Part shown: positions 12,106 through 25,143 of the stretch, one piece after another | Position numbering within the stretch: position 1 is the stretch's first letter | How the letters are laid out: each line of letters starts with the position of its first letter | Assembly (NCBI GenBank): GCA_973851085.1 | Contig: OZ316775.1 | Coordinates: 21,762,001 to 21,826,000 of the forward strand | Reading direction: 5' to 3' | Length of the DNA: 64,000 nucleotides | Origin: Ptychomitrium polyphyllum | Lineage: Eukaryota | Program-made: the position numbers and the translations under genes | Notes under the pieces: generated by a model | Told to the model about the DNA's origin: nothing | Database searches by the model: none | What the model saw: the letters and a program-made list of their open reading frames with translations, nothing else

Positions 12106-12763
12106 TCACCTCCCCATTTAGCGACGAGTCCCATGAGGAGCTCTTTTTTTGGCTTGCTTGTCACCTTTTTACAAATTCCAAAATTTGTCGAAGGAGTGAA
12201 GCAACATAATCTGCTCGTTGTTCTTTGTCCATTGGTTCAATTGGTCCTTGCAAGAAACGCCAATGACCACCAGCCAAGACTGTTATTGTTAAAATGTTCC
12301 ATCCCAAGATCTGATTTTTATTTAGTCCTTCAAAACATCCTCTAAACAAGATTTCGGATCCTTCAAGAGAAACTCTTCCAATTTCTAACAAGATGACTAT
12401 AGCGCAAGCATTTGAATCAAGACTGGAATGTGAAGGGCGACTAGCCAGTACTTCTGCACGAGGTTGTACTTGACGTTGAAATGTCCCTCTCATATCTTGG
12501 CTTAAATCCTCCGTTACCAAAGGCTAAGAAAGTTGACTTGGCTTAACAGATGCTATTGTTGATGAATACATGGCCAACTGCTCTTCACGCATATCCATGA
12601 TAACAAGAAGATTTGACATACTGGCTAGGATCTAGAAATGATCTATCTTGGAAATAATGTTGTATACAATTGGAGGTTTGGATATCTCTCCTCCCTTCTT
12701 ATACTTGTTTATGAAGAAAAAAACTTATCTGTGAAGTTAATGGCTACCGATGATACATCATCA

Positions 12764-15700
12764 CTAACCTGGTTTCTGAGGATATCTTTGATAAAATTCG
12801 CGTACTTTCTTGGATGCATTTGTTACATTTGTTGAAAATTCCCATATTTGGTCATTGATGTCATATCCTTGCCAATGTATAAGGTACTCTACACATCCAT
12901 TCTTGATGCGTGATTCTAAGATCTCTTCCACTTCATATTCAATTTCATTATTGATTTCCAATGGAGGAGGCGAATGGACAATTCTCTCTGGTATACATGA
13001 TTTGTTATAGGTTTCCAATAACAATACGTGGAATACTGCATGAATTTGCCTGCTTGATGGTAGCTTTAGGCGATAACTAATCAACTTTATTTGTTTGCTG
13101 ATTTCAAACGATCCCACCCTTTGATAGTCCAACTTCTTTGATGGTCTTTTTGTTTGTATATTTTGTCGTAGGAGCCATACGCTATCTCCAACCTTGAATT
13201 TTGGATGGTCCTTCCAATGGCGATCTGCATTAGTTTTGTAACGATCTTGAGCTTGTTGTAACTGGAAGGTAATTTCTTGATGGATTTTAGCAAGTTGAAT
13301 TGCAAAATCCTCTACTGCAAGACTTCCAACATACTTCACTTGAAATAGATCTGTTTGAGGATGATGGCCATAGTTTATAAAAAATGGACTTTGAGTTGTT
13401 GAAGAATGCATCGTATTATTGTAAGCAAACTTTGCCAAAGGCAAGAAATCCATCCAATTGTCTTGCTGGTAGCTTATGCTACAACGAAGGTATTGCTCCA
13501 AAATTTGATTCACACGTTCGGTTTAGCCATCAGTTTGCGGATGGTGTGCTGAAGAAAGATTGATCTTTACGCGCAACAGCTGGAATAGAGCCCTCCAAAA
13601 GTTGGAAATGAACTGCGGCCCCCAATCGGATACAATATCATCTGGTAGTTCATGTATGCAGTAGACGTGATTTAAGAAGAACTAGGCAATTTCTTCTCCC
13701 GTTACCATCTTGTTGCATGGAATGAAATGTGCTATTTTGATAAATGAATCCACTACTACCAAAATAGAATCCTTAGAATCGGATTTTGGAAGGTCCGTGA
13801 TAAAATCCATTGATAAAGACAACCATTGGCCTTTTGGCACTGGAAGCGGATGGAGAAGACCATGAGGTTGGTGTCTTGGTATCTTGGCTCTTGTACAAGT
13901 GTTGCATGATCAAATAAAGTCCTTTACGTACTTCCACATTTGTGGCCACTAATAATTTCTAGCAATCAACTCCATTGTTTTATTCAATCTAAAATGTCCT
14001 GCTGCTGCAAAATCATGACGTGCTTAAAGGATCTTCAACCACAAAGGGCCTGGAGGTAGGTACAAAAGTCTTTTATAATAAAGTAGGCCCTCTTGGAATT
14101 CAAAGTGCTCATCGCTATTTAAAAGACCTCCATTGTCTTTGAGGCGCTTCTTTATATTTGAAACAAAGACGTCATTCTTCAAAGCCTTCCAAATTTTGTC
14201 AAAATGGGATGTTGTTGTAATAATGGTTGCTTTCAATTGAAGATTCTCTGGTTTCAATAAAATAGTCCTTTGTTGATTCAAAACATCATTTCCAGGTTGA
14301 GGAGCTAAATAAGATCTTCGAGATAAGACATCTAGCTTACCTTGCAAGCTACCAGATCGATAGGTAATGACGAAGTCAAATCTAGAAAGCGACATACTCC
14401 ACCTTGCTTGACGGCAATTCAAAACACGTGCACTCATGAAATACTCCAAGTTCTTGTGGTCTGTGTATATCGTGATGGTATGTTGAGCTCCTTCCAATAA
14501 GTGTCGCCATTCTTCAAACGCATCCACAATTACAAGTAGTTCTTTATCATGTATATCATAGTTGATCTTTGCCGCTGAGAACTTCCTTGAACAAAAGGCA
14601 AGAGGGTTAAGTCTCCCGTCTTCATCATATTGTGAGAGTACTGAGCCAAGCGCAAAATCTGAGGCATCCGCTTCCAAATAAAAAGGCTTTGATGGATTTG
14701 GATGAATAAGAATTGGAGCTGACGTGAATGACTTCTTAAGACTTTGAAATGCTTTTTCCGCCTCTTCATCTCAAATGAATTTTTGCTTTCCCGTAAGACG
14801 TGTTAATGGTGCCGCAATCTTGGAATAATTCTTGATGAATATCCTGTAGAAGTTTGTAAATTCCAAGCATTGAACATCTCGAATTGATTCTGGCGCACTC
14901 CACTCCATGACAGTGCTTATTTTTTTCTTATCCATATGGATTCCTCCTTTGGAAATGATGTAGCCTAAAAATTCAACCGAGGATTCATGGAAAAGGCACT
15001 TCTCCAATTTGGCATATAATCCTCGCTTGGCGTAGTTTTTCTAAGACCATTTGCACATGACATTTGTGGTCTTTTTCATCCTTTGAATATATCAGAGTGT
15101 CATCTAAGTAGATGACTACAAAATCATCCAGATGTTCATGGAAGATATCATTCATCATATGTTGGAAGACTACGGGAGCATCAGTAAGGCCAAAAGGCAT
15201 GACATTGTATTCAAAATGACCATACCTAGATCGAAAAGTTGTCTTCCATTCGTCTCTTTCTTTGATGCGTACAAGATTATAGGCTCCTCTAAGATCAGTT
15301 TTGGTGAATATCTTTGCTTGGCCAAGTTGTTGTAGGAGTCCTGAGATTAATGGAAATGGATAGCGATTCTTGTTTGTTACTTTATTGAGGCCTCGATAAT
15401 CCACACACATACGTAATGATCCATCTTTCTTCTTTACAAATGGTATGGGTGTTCCAGCAGGTGATTTAGAGTGTTGAATGAAACCCTTTCCGAGGTTTTC
15501 ATCAATATATTTTCTCAAGGCAGCCAACTCAGTTTGTGATAAGTTATAAATAGGTCCAAAAAGTGGTTGGGCTCCTTCTTGCAACTCAATGGTACAATCG
15601 TAAGGCCGGTGCTTTGGTAACATGTCCGCATTCTTCTTTTCAAAAACGTCTTTATAATCTTGATATTGACGAGGTATATTTTGATTACTCTCTATTGTAG

Positions 15701-16235
15701 AGCTAGACATCGGCATGGCATAAACGGCATAGATTGGTTCATCCTTTGCTGCTCTCATAAATGCCTTAGCTCCAATAAATGATGGTCCAAGATTTCTTGT
15801 ACCTTGACGTCTTTTCCTTAAGACCACATTTTGTGAGCGCCAGTCAATGTTTGGATTATGTAATTCAAATCAAGGAAGGCCCAAAACAATAGGACTCATT
15901 CGGCATTGAATGATGTTGAAGACAATCTTAGATGCTTGGTCTTTTAAAACAACCTCCAAGGGTTGAGTTTCTTCAATAACGTTGCTAGACGCAAGAGATT
16001 GTCCATCAATAACTTCAACAGGTGCGGGGTATTTTTTCTTCACAAGTACCATGTGATGTTTGGTTGCAAAATTCTTATCCATAAAACATGCCGTTGCACC
16101 AGTGTCTAAAAGAGTGTCACTAACTATTTTATCATCAATTTAATTTTGATAGGAAATGTAAAGCAAGAGGTAGGGATTGAAGGTAGTAAGAGACGTTGAT
16201 TTGATGGTCGTTTCTTTGTGGTGTCCACTCGCATA
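12764..16235 (-). pseudogene. pol: Gypsy pol remnant (protease, RT, RNase H, integrase, chromodomain), left arm
   Basis: ORF fragments carry LDTGA (aspartic protease), [11 protein letters not shown] and YLDD (RT), ADASD and TDHKNL (RNase H), and EYEVEEIL...YLIHWQGY (chromodomain). Interrupted by stops and frameshifts. Confidence 0.93.
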
Positions 16236-17015
16236 GTCCCTATTGTGATTGGACAGCCGCGTTTTCCAACTCCACCATTGTGCTTTCAGCCTTAAAGGCA
16301 GATCCTTTGATTTGGCAGTCGCGCACATTTTGTTCAGATTTGCTACAATACAAGCAGAGGTTTTCTATTTGACGCTTTTCTTTTTCTTCTGGAGTCAAGT
16401 GTCTGAATTGGGCAGCATCAATTTGCATAGGTTCTGGTCCTTGCGGTCGACTTTCGGATACTCTTGAAGAAGTGGTAGCCATGCTTTGATGTACTGGTCG
16501 CCATCCCAAGCGTTGTTCTTGGCGCCTCTCAAATATTCTGTTGTCACATGCTATTGCCTGAGTGATGAATTCGTCCAATGTTTCAACTCTTGGCATTGTG
16601 AGTAGCAAGTCCTTGACATTCTGTCTTAAGCCCCATCGAAATTGTGTGACTAAGGCTTTATCATTCCAATCAAGGTTGCAAGCTAATTGTCAAAATTTTG
16701 CAGCATATGTAGCAGCTGAGAGTTGTTCTTGTTGGAGACTTTGGATCCTTGTTTCAGCCACCCTCTCTCGGTCGGTGTGTCCAAAAGTAGATGTCAATGC
16801 TTCTATAAAAGCATCTAAGTTGTTCAATAATGGGGACTACTTCTCCCTTAGTGTTACAAACCACAATAGTGTATTATTTGATAAAATTGTGGCCACAAAT
16901 CCCACTTGAGTTGTGCCATCAGGATAACGAGATTGATGCAAATTAAAGAAGAGTCTTACTTGTTGAACAAAGCCTCTCAATTTTGATCTTGATCCATCGA
17001 ACTTGTCTGGCATAC

Positions 17016-17115
17016 NNNNNNNNNNNNNNNNNNNNNNNNNNNNNNNNNNNNNNNNNNNNNNNNNNNNNNNNNNNNNNNNNNNNNNNNNNNNNNNNNNNNN
17101 NNNNNNNNNNNNNNN
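17016..17115. other. Assembly gap (100 N) flanked by a 905-bp direct duplication
   Basis: 16111-17015 is repeated at 17116-18020; the ORF track shows identical proteins offset by 1005 nt. Confidence 0.95.
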
Positions 17116-17244
17116 AGAGTGTCACTAACTATTTTATCATCAATTTAATTTTGATAGGAAATGTAAAGCAAGAGGTAGGGATTGAAGGTAGTAAGAGACG
17201 TTGATTTGATGGTCGTTTCTTTGTGGTGTCCACTCGCATAGTCC

Positions 17245-18264
17245 CTATTGTGATTGGACAGCCGCGTTTTCCAACTCCACCATTGTGCTTTCAGCCTTAA
17301 AGGCAGATCCTTTGATTTGGCAGTCGCGCACATTTTGTTCAGATTTGCTACAATACAAGCAGAGGTTTTCTATTTGACGCTTTTCTTTTTCTTCTGGAGT
17401 CAAGTGTCTGAATTGGGCAGCATCAATTTGCATAGGTTCTGGTCCTTGCGGTCGACTTTCGGATACTCTTGAAGAAGTGGTAGCCATGCTTTGATGTACT
17501 GGTCGCCATCCCAAGCGTTGTTCTTGGCGCCTCTCAAATATTCTGTTGTCACATGCTATTGCCTGAGTGATGAATTCGTCCAATGTTTCAACTCTTGGCA
17601 TTGTGAGTAGCAAGTCCTTGACATTCTGTCTTAAGCCCCATCGAAATTGTGTGACTAAGGCTTTATCATTCCAATCAAGGTTGCAAGCTAATTGTCAAAA
17701 TTTTGCAGCATATGTAGCAGCTGAGAGTTGTTCTTGTTGGAGACTTTGGATCCTTGTTTCAGCCACCCTCTCTCGGTCGGTGTGTCCAAAAGTAGATGTC
17801 AATGCTTCTATAAAAGCATCTAAGTTGTTCAATAATGGGGACTACTTCTCCCTTAGTGTTACAAACCACAATAGTGTATTATTTGATAAAATTGTGGCCA
17901 CAAATCCCACTTGAGTTGTGCCATCAGGATAACGAGATTGATGCAAATTAAAGAAGAGTCTTACTTGTTGAACAAAGCCTCTCAATTTTGATCTTGATCC
18001 ATCGAACTTGTCTGGCATACTAATCTTTGGCTCTGCGTGAATTCGACGTAAGCCTTCCCTTCTAATATTGGCCTCTTGCAATCGAACAACCTCTTAATAT
18101 AGGCTTTGAATATCATCATTGGATTCTTCAGTTTGCCGATTGTGTTGCTCCAGATTGTTGGTGGTATTAAAAAGGGCAAGTTCCATTCGAACTGTGTTTA
18201 ATAACTCTTAAAGGTCTGCAAAAGTTGCAAATCTATTCTTTGATGTTCCAGGCACGTTATCCAT
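17245..18264 (-). pseudogene. gag: gag remnant of inner element Y
   Basis: PKISMPDKFDGSRSKLRGF, GPEPMQID and a decayed zinc knuckle (LCLYC); internal stops. Confidence 0.88.
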
Positions 18265-18499
18265 TTCTTAAGACTCTCAAAGACAGAAAGACTATGAGTA
18301 CATTCAAAGGAGGAAAATCCACGTCCTTTGAAAGAAATAATATTTGGTTCTAGAAGAGATACCAATTCTATGGTGCCAGCTTAGAGGAGGATAATCCGCA
18401 ACCTCTAAGACGCTATGGAATGCTAAAGAAGATGGATAATCCACAATCTTCTTCAGAGAACCTTAGCTCTGACAAAAATGAAAAGTAGTCTTGCCAAAC

Positions 18500-19143
18500 T
18501 GTTAGGGACACAAGAAATAAGAAGAAGAAACGAAGTGTTTTCCAAGAATCAGCTTCCAAAGAGCTAATGATTAACAAGAACTTGATACAAAGACTAGAAC
18601 AAGGCAAGATTCAAGATGATCCACAACTGGTGTTGGCAAGACTAAGGAATACCTTGTCTTGCCTCCTATTTATACTATGATATTGTATCTCCTAGGATAT
18701 TTATGAAGAAGCTTCCTACAAGGGTTAAGGATGTTTTGGAAGTCTAAGGAACCTTCCCAAGAAGTTTCCTAAGATGCTGGAACCTTCCTGAGAAGCTTCC
18801 AAGGAGTTGGAACCTTCCTTGGGAGTTTTCCAAGATAGTAGAACCTTCTTAAGAAGTTTCCTAAAGAGGTAGAACCTTCCAAGGAAGCTTCATTAAATGA
18901 TGAAATCTTCCTAGGAATTTTTCCAAGGTGATGAAATCTTCGTACGTAGTTTCCTAGGAAGTTACTTAAGATGATATAACTTTCCTAGGAAGTTTCCATA
19001 GGTAGAAGAACTTTCTTAGGAAGCTTCCTAAGAACATGGAAAAGACTAAAGAGACTTCTAAAAGTATTCTAAGAACTAATATGGTATACTAGAAGGATGT
19101 AGAATGTTCTAAGGACTATGTTGCATGATCTATGTCCATAACA
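18500..19143 (-). repeat. 5' LTR of element Y, 644 bp
   Basis: TGTTAG...ATAACA termini, homologous to the other LTRs. Minus-strand TATAAATA at 18667-18674. PBS-position motif at 18486-18497. Confidence 0.92.
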
Positions 19144-19149
19144 GGGACC

Positions 19150-22100
19150 ATGCGAGTGGACACCACAAAGAAACGACCATCAAATCAACGTCTCTTACTA
19201 CCTTCAATCCCTACCTCTTGCTTTACATTTCCTATCAAAATTAAATTGATGATAAAATAGTTAGTGACACTCTTTTAGACACTGGTGCAACGGCATGTTT
19301 TATGGATAAGAATTTTGCAACCAAACATCACATGGTACTTGTGAAGAAAAAATACCCCGCACCTGTTGAAGTTATTGATGGACAATCTCTTGCGTCTAGC
19401 AACGTTATTGAAGAAACTCAACCCTTGGAGGTTGTTTTAAAAGACCAAGCATCTAAGATTGTCTTCAACATCATTCAATGCCGAATGAGTCCTATTGTTT
19501 TGGGCCTTCCTTGATTTGAATTACATAATCCAAACATTGACTGGCGCTCACAAAATGTGGTCTTAAGGAAAAGACGTCAAGGTACAAGAAATCTTGGACC
19601 ATCATTTATTGGAGCTAAGGCATTTATGAGAGCAGCAAAGGATGAACCAATCTATGCCGTTTATGCCATGCCGATGTCTAGCTCTACAATAGAGAGTAAT
19701 CAAAATATACCTCGTCAATATCAAGATTATAAAGACGTTTTTGAAAAGAAGAATGCGGACATGTTACCAAAGCACCGGCCTTACGATTGTACCATTGAGT
19801 TGCAAGAAGGAGCCCAACCACTTTTTGGACCTATTTATAACTTATCACAAACTGAGTTGGCTGCCTTGAGAAAATATATTGATGAAAACCTCGGAAAGGG
19901 TTTCATTCAACACTCTAAATCACCTGCTGGAACACCCATACCATTTGTAAAGAAGAAAGATGGATCATTACGTATGTGTGTGGATTATCGAGGCCTCAAT
20001 AAAGTAACAAACAAGAATCGCTATCCATTTCCATTAATCTCAGGACTCCTACAACAACTTGGCCAAGCAAAGATATTCACCAAAACTGATCTTAGAGGAG
20101 CCTATAATCTTGTACGCATCAAAGAAAGAGACGAATGGAAGACAACTTTTCGATCTAGGTATGGTCATTTTGAATACAATGTCATGCCTTTTGGCCTTAC
20201 TGATGCTCCCGTAGTCTTCCAACATATGATGAATGATATCTTCCATGAACATCTGGATGATTTTGTAGTCATCTACTTAGATGACACTCTGATATATTCA
20301 AAGGATGAAAAAGACCACAAATGTCATGTGCAAATGGTCTTAGAAAAACTACGCCAAGCGAGGATTATATGCCAAATTGGAGAAGTGCCTTTTCCATGAA
20401 TCCTCGGTTGAATTTTTAGGCTACATCATTTCCAAAGGAGGAATCCATATGGATAAGAAAAAAATAAGCACTGTCATGGAGTGGAGTGCGCCAGAATCAA
20501 TTCGAGATGTTCAATGCTTGGAATTTACAAACTTCTACAGGATATTCATCAAGAATTATTCCAAGATTGCGGCACCATTAACACGTCTTACGGGAAAGCA
20601 AAAATTCATTTGAGATGAAGAGGCGGAAAAAGCATTTCAAAGTCTTAAGAAGTCATTCACGTCAGCTCCAATTCTTATTCATCCAAATCCATCAAAGCCT
20701 TTTTATTTGGAAGCGGATGCCTCAGATTTTGCGCTTGGCTCAGTACTCTCACAATATGATGAAGACGGGAGACTTAACCCTCTTGCCTTTTGTTCAAGGA
20801 AGTTCTCAGCGGCAAAGATCAACTATGATATACATGATAAAGAACTACTTGTAATTGTGGATGCGTTTGAAGAATGGCGACACTTATTGGAAGGAGCTCA
20901 ACATACCATCACGATATACACAGACCACAAGAACTTGGAGTATTTCATGAGTGCACGTGTTTTGAATTGCCGTCAAGCAAGGTGGAGTATGTCGCTTTCT
21001 AGATTTGACTTCGTCATTACCTATCGATCTGGTAGCTTGCAAGGTAAGCTAGATGTCTTATCTCGAAGATCTTATTTAGCTCCTCAACCTGGAAATGATG
21101 TTTTGAATCAACAAAGGACTATTTTATTGAAACCAGAGAATCTTCAATTGAAAGCAACCATTATTACAACAACATCCCATTTTGACAAAATTTGGAAGGC
21201 TTTGAAGAATGACGTCTTTGTTTCAAATATAAAGAAGCGCCTCAAAGACAATGGAGGTCTTTTAAATAGCGATGAGCACTTTGAATTCCAAGAGGGCCTA
21301 CTTTATTATAAAAGACTTTTGTACCTACCTCCAGGCCCTTTGTGGTTGAAGATCCTTTAAGCACGTCATGATTTTGCAGCAGCAGGACATTTTAGATTGA
21401 ATAAAACAATGGAGTTGATTGCTAGAAATTATTAGTGGCCACAAATGTGGAAGTACGTAAAGGACTTTATTTGATCATGCAACACTTGTACAAGAGCCAA
21501 GATACCAAGACACCAACCTCATGGTCTTCTCCATCCGCTTCCAGTGCCAAAAGGCCAATGGTTGTCTTTATCAATGGATTTTATCACGGACCTTCCAAAA
21601 TCCGATTCTAAGGATTCTATTTTGGTAGTGGTGGATTCATTTATCAAAATAGCACATTTCATTCCATGCAACAAGATGGTAACGGGAGAAGAAATTGCCT
21701 AGTTCTTCTTAAATCACGTCTACTGCATACATGAACTACCAGATGATATTGTATCCGATTGGGGGCCGCAGTTCATTTCCAACTTTTGGAGGGCTCTATT
21801 CCAGCTGTTGCGCGTAAAGATCAATCTTTCTTCAGCACACCATCCGCAAACTGATGGCTAAACCGAACGTGTGAATCAAATTTTGGAGCAATACCTTCGT
21901 TGTAGCATAAGCTACCAGCAAGACAATTGGATGGATTTCTTGCCTTTGGCAAAGTTTGCTTACAATAATACGATGCATTCTTCAACAACTCAAAGTCCAT
22001 TTTTTATAAACTATGGCCATCATCCTCAAACAGATCTATTTCAAGTGAAGTATGTTGGAAGTCTTGCAGTAGAGGATTTTGCAATTCAACTTGCTAAAAT

Positions 22101-22620
22101 CCATCAAGAAATTACCTTCCAGTTACAACAAGCTCAAGATCGTTACAAAACTAATGCAGATCGCCATTGGAAGGACCATCCAAAATTCAAGGTTGGAGAT
22201 AGCGTATGGCTCCTACGACAAAATATACAAACAAAAAGACCATCAAAGAAGTTGGACTATCAAAGGGTGGGATCGTTTGAAATCAGCAAACAAATAAAGT
22301 TGATTAGTTATCGCCTAAAGCTACCATCAAGCAGGCAAATTCATGCAGTATTCCACGTATTGTTATTGGAAACCTATAACAAATCATGTATACCAGAGAG
22401 AATTGTCCATTCGCCTCCTCCATTGGAAATCAATAATGAAATTGAATATGAAGTGGAAGAGATCTTAGAATCACGCATCAAGAATGGATGTGTAGAGTAC
22501 CTTATACATTGGCAAGGATATGACATCAATGACCAAATATGGGAATTTTCAACAAATGTAACAAATGCATCCAAGAAAGTACGCGAATTTTATCAAAGAT
22601 ATCCTCAGAAACCAGGTTAG
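19150..22620 (+). pseudogene. pol: Gypsy pol remnant, right arm (inverted copy of the left arm)
   Basis: Every ORF mirrors the left arm (position x maps to 35384-x) with identical translations. Confidence 0.93.
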
Positions 22621-23278
22621 TGATGATGTATCATCGGTAGCCATTAACTTCACAGATAAGTTTTTTTCTTCATAAACAAGTATAAGAAGGGAGGAGAGAT
22701 ATCCAAACCTCCAATTGTATACAACATTATTTCCAAGATAGATCATTTCTAGATCCTAGCCAGTATGTCAAATCTTCTTGTTATCATGGATATGCGTGAA
22801 GAGCAGTTGGCCATGTATTCATCAACAATAGCATCTGTTAAGCCAAGTCAACTTTCTTAGCCTTTGGTAACGGAGGATTTAAGCCAAGATATGAGAGGGA
22901 CATTTCAACGTCAAGTACAACCTCGTGCAGAAGTACTGGCTAGTCGCCCTTCACATTCCAGTCTTGATTCAAATGCTTGCGCTATAGTCATCTTGTTAGA
23001 AATTGGAAGAGTTTCTCTTGAAGGATCCGAAATCTTGTTTAGAGGATGTTTTGAAGGACTAAATAAAAATCAGATCTTGGGATGGAACATTTTAACAATA
23101 ACAGTCTTGGCTGGTGGTCATTGGCGTTTCTTGCAAGGACCAATTGAACCAATGGACAAAGAACAACGAGCAGATTATGTTGCTTCACTCCTTCGACAAA
23201 TTTTGGAATTTGTAAAAAGGTGACAAGCAAGCCAAAAAAAGAGCTCCTCATGGGACTCGTCGCTAAATGGGGAGGTGA

Positions 23279-23881
23279 TGTCACGGACATAGATCATGCA
23301 ACATAATCCTTAGAACATTCTACAACCTTCTAGTATACCATAATAGCTTCTTAAAATACTTTTAGATGTCTCCATAGTCTTTTCCATGTTCTTAAGAAGC
23401 TTCCAAGGAAAGTTCCTCTACTTGAGGAAACTTCCTAAAAAAGTTCTATCATCTTAGGTAACTTCCTACAAAGATTTCATTACCTTAGGAAACTTCCTAG
23501 GAAGGTTCTACCTCTTTAGGAAACTTCCTAAGAAGGTTCCACTACCTTGGGAAACTTCCAAGGAAGGTTCCAACTCCTTGGAAGCTTCTTAGGAAGGTTC
23601 CAACATCTTAGGAAATTTCCTTGGAAGGTTCCCTAGACTTCCTAAACATTCTTAAGCCTTGTAGAAAGCTTCTTTAAAAGTATCCTAGAAGATACAAACG
23701 TCATAATATAAATAGGAGGCAAGATAAGGTATTCCTTAGTCTTGCCAACACAAGTTGTGGATCATCTTGAATCTTGCCTTGTTCTAGTCTTTGTATCAAG
23801 TTCTTGTTAATCATTAGCTGTTTGGAAGCTAATTCTTAGGAAACACTTTGTTTCTGCTTCTTGTTTCTTGTGTCCCTAACA
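23279..23881 (+). repeat. 3' LTR (right arm), 603 bp
   Basis: Preceded by the PPT GGGGAGGTGA; TGTCAC...CTAACA termini. Confidence 0.92.
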
Positions 23882-23885
23882 GTCC

Positions 23886-24907
23886 CTATTGTGACTGGAC
23901 AGCCTTATTTTCCAATTCCATGATTGTGCTTTAAGCCTTAAAGGCAGATCCTTTGATTTGGCAATTGTGCACTTTATGCCCAGACTTGCCACAATACAAA
24001 CATAGGTTTTCCCTTCAACATCTTTTTTTTTTTCTTCTGGAATCAAATGTCTAAACTGGGCAGCATCAATTTGCATAGGTTCTGATCCTTGTAGTCGGCT
24101 TTCTAATACTCTTGAAGAAGTGGTAGGCATATTTTGATGTACTAGTCGCCATCCCAAACGTTGTTCTTGGCGCCTTTCAAATAATCTATTGTTATATGCT
24201 ATTGTTTGAGTGATCAATTTGTCTAATGTTTCAACTCTTGGCATTGTGAGTAGCAAATCCTTCACATTCTCTCTTAAGCCCCATCAAAATTGTATGACCA
24301 AAGCCTTATCATTCCAATTAAAGTCGCAAGTTAGTTGTTGAAACTTTGTAACATATGTAGCAGCTGAGCGTTGTCCTTGTTGTAAACTTTGGATCCTCGA
24401 TTGAGCCACCCTTTCTTGGTCAATGTCTCCAAAAGTAGATGTCAATGCTTCTATAAAAGCATCTAAGTAGTTCAATAATGGTGACTGCTTCTCCATTAAT
24501 GGTGCAAACCACAATAGTGCATTGTTTGATAAAAGAGTGGCTACAAATCCTACTTGAGTTGTGCCATGAGGATAACGAGATTGATGCAAACTAAAGAAGA
24601 GCCTTACTTGTTGAACAAAGCCTCTTAATTTTGATCTTGATCCATCAAACTTATCTGGCATACTAATCTTTGGCTCTATATGGATTTGACGTAAGCCTTC
24701 TCTTCCTATATTGGCTTCTTGCAATTGAACAACCTCTTGATATAAGCTTTGAATATCACCCTTGGATTCTTCAGCTTGCCGAGTGTATTGCTCTAAATTG
24801 TTGGTGGTATTAAAGCAAGCAAGTTCTATTCAAACTGTATTTAATAACTCTTGAAGGTCTATAATAGTTGCAAACCTATTCTTTGATGTTCCAGGCACGT
24901 TATCCAT
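23886..24907 (-). pseudogene. gag: gag remnant of outer element X
   Basis: EPKISMPDKFDGSRSKLRGF and GSEPMQID; clearly diverged from gag Y; interrupted just after the gag stop by the LTR ending at 23881. Confidence 0.88.
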
Positions 24908-25143
24908 TTCTTAAGACTCTCAAAGACAAAAAAACTATGAGTACCTTCAAAAGAGGGTAATCTACATCCTTTGAAAGAAGTAGTACATGGTTCTAGAAGG
25001 AGAAACCAATTCTATGGTGCCAGCTTAGAAGAAAGTAATCCGCAACTTCTAAGACGCTAGGGAATCCTAAAGAAGATGAATAATCTACAATCTTCTTCAA
25101 AAAACCTTAGCTCTGACAAAGATGAAGAGTAGTCTTGCCAAAC

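Noticed and set aside
16111..18020. Tandem duplication of the gag/protease region
   Set aside because: The copies are identical and directly flank a 100-N gap, typical of an unmerged contig overlap.
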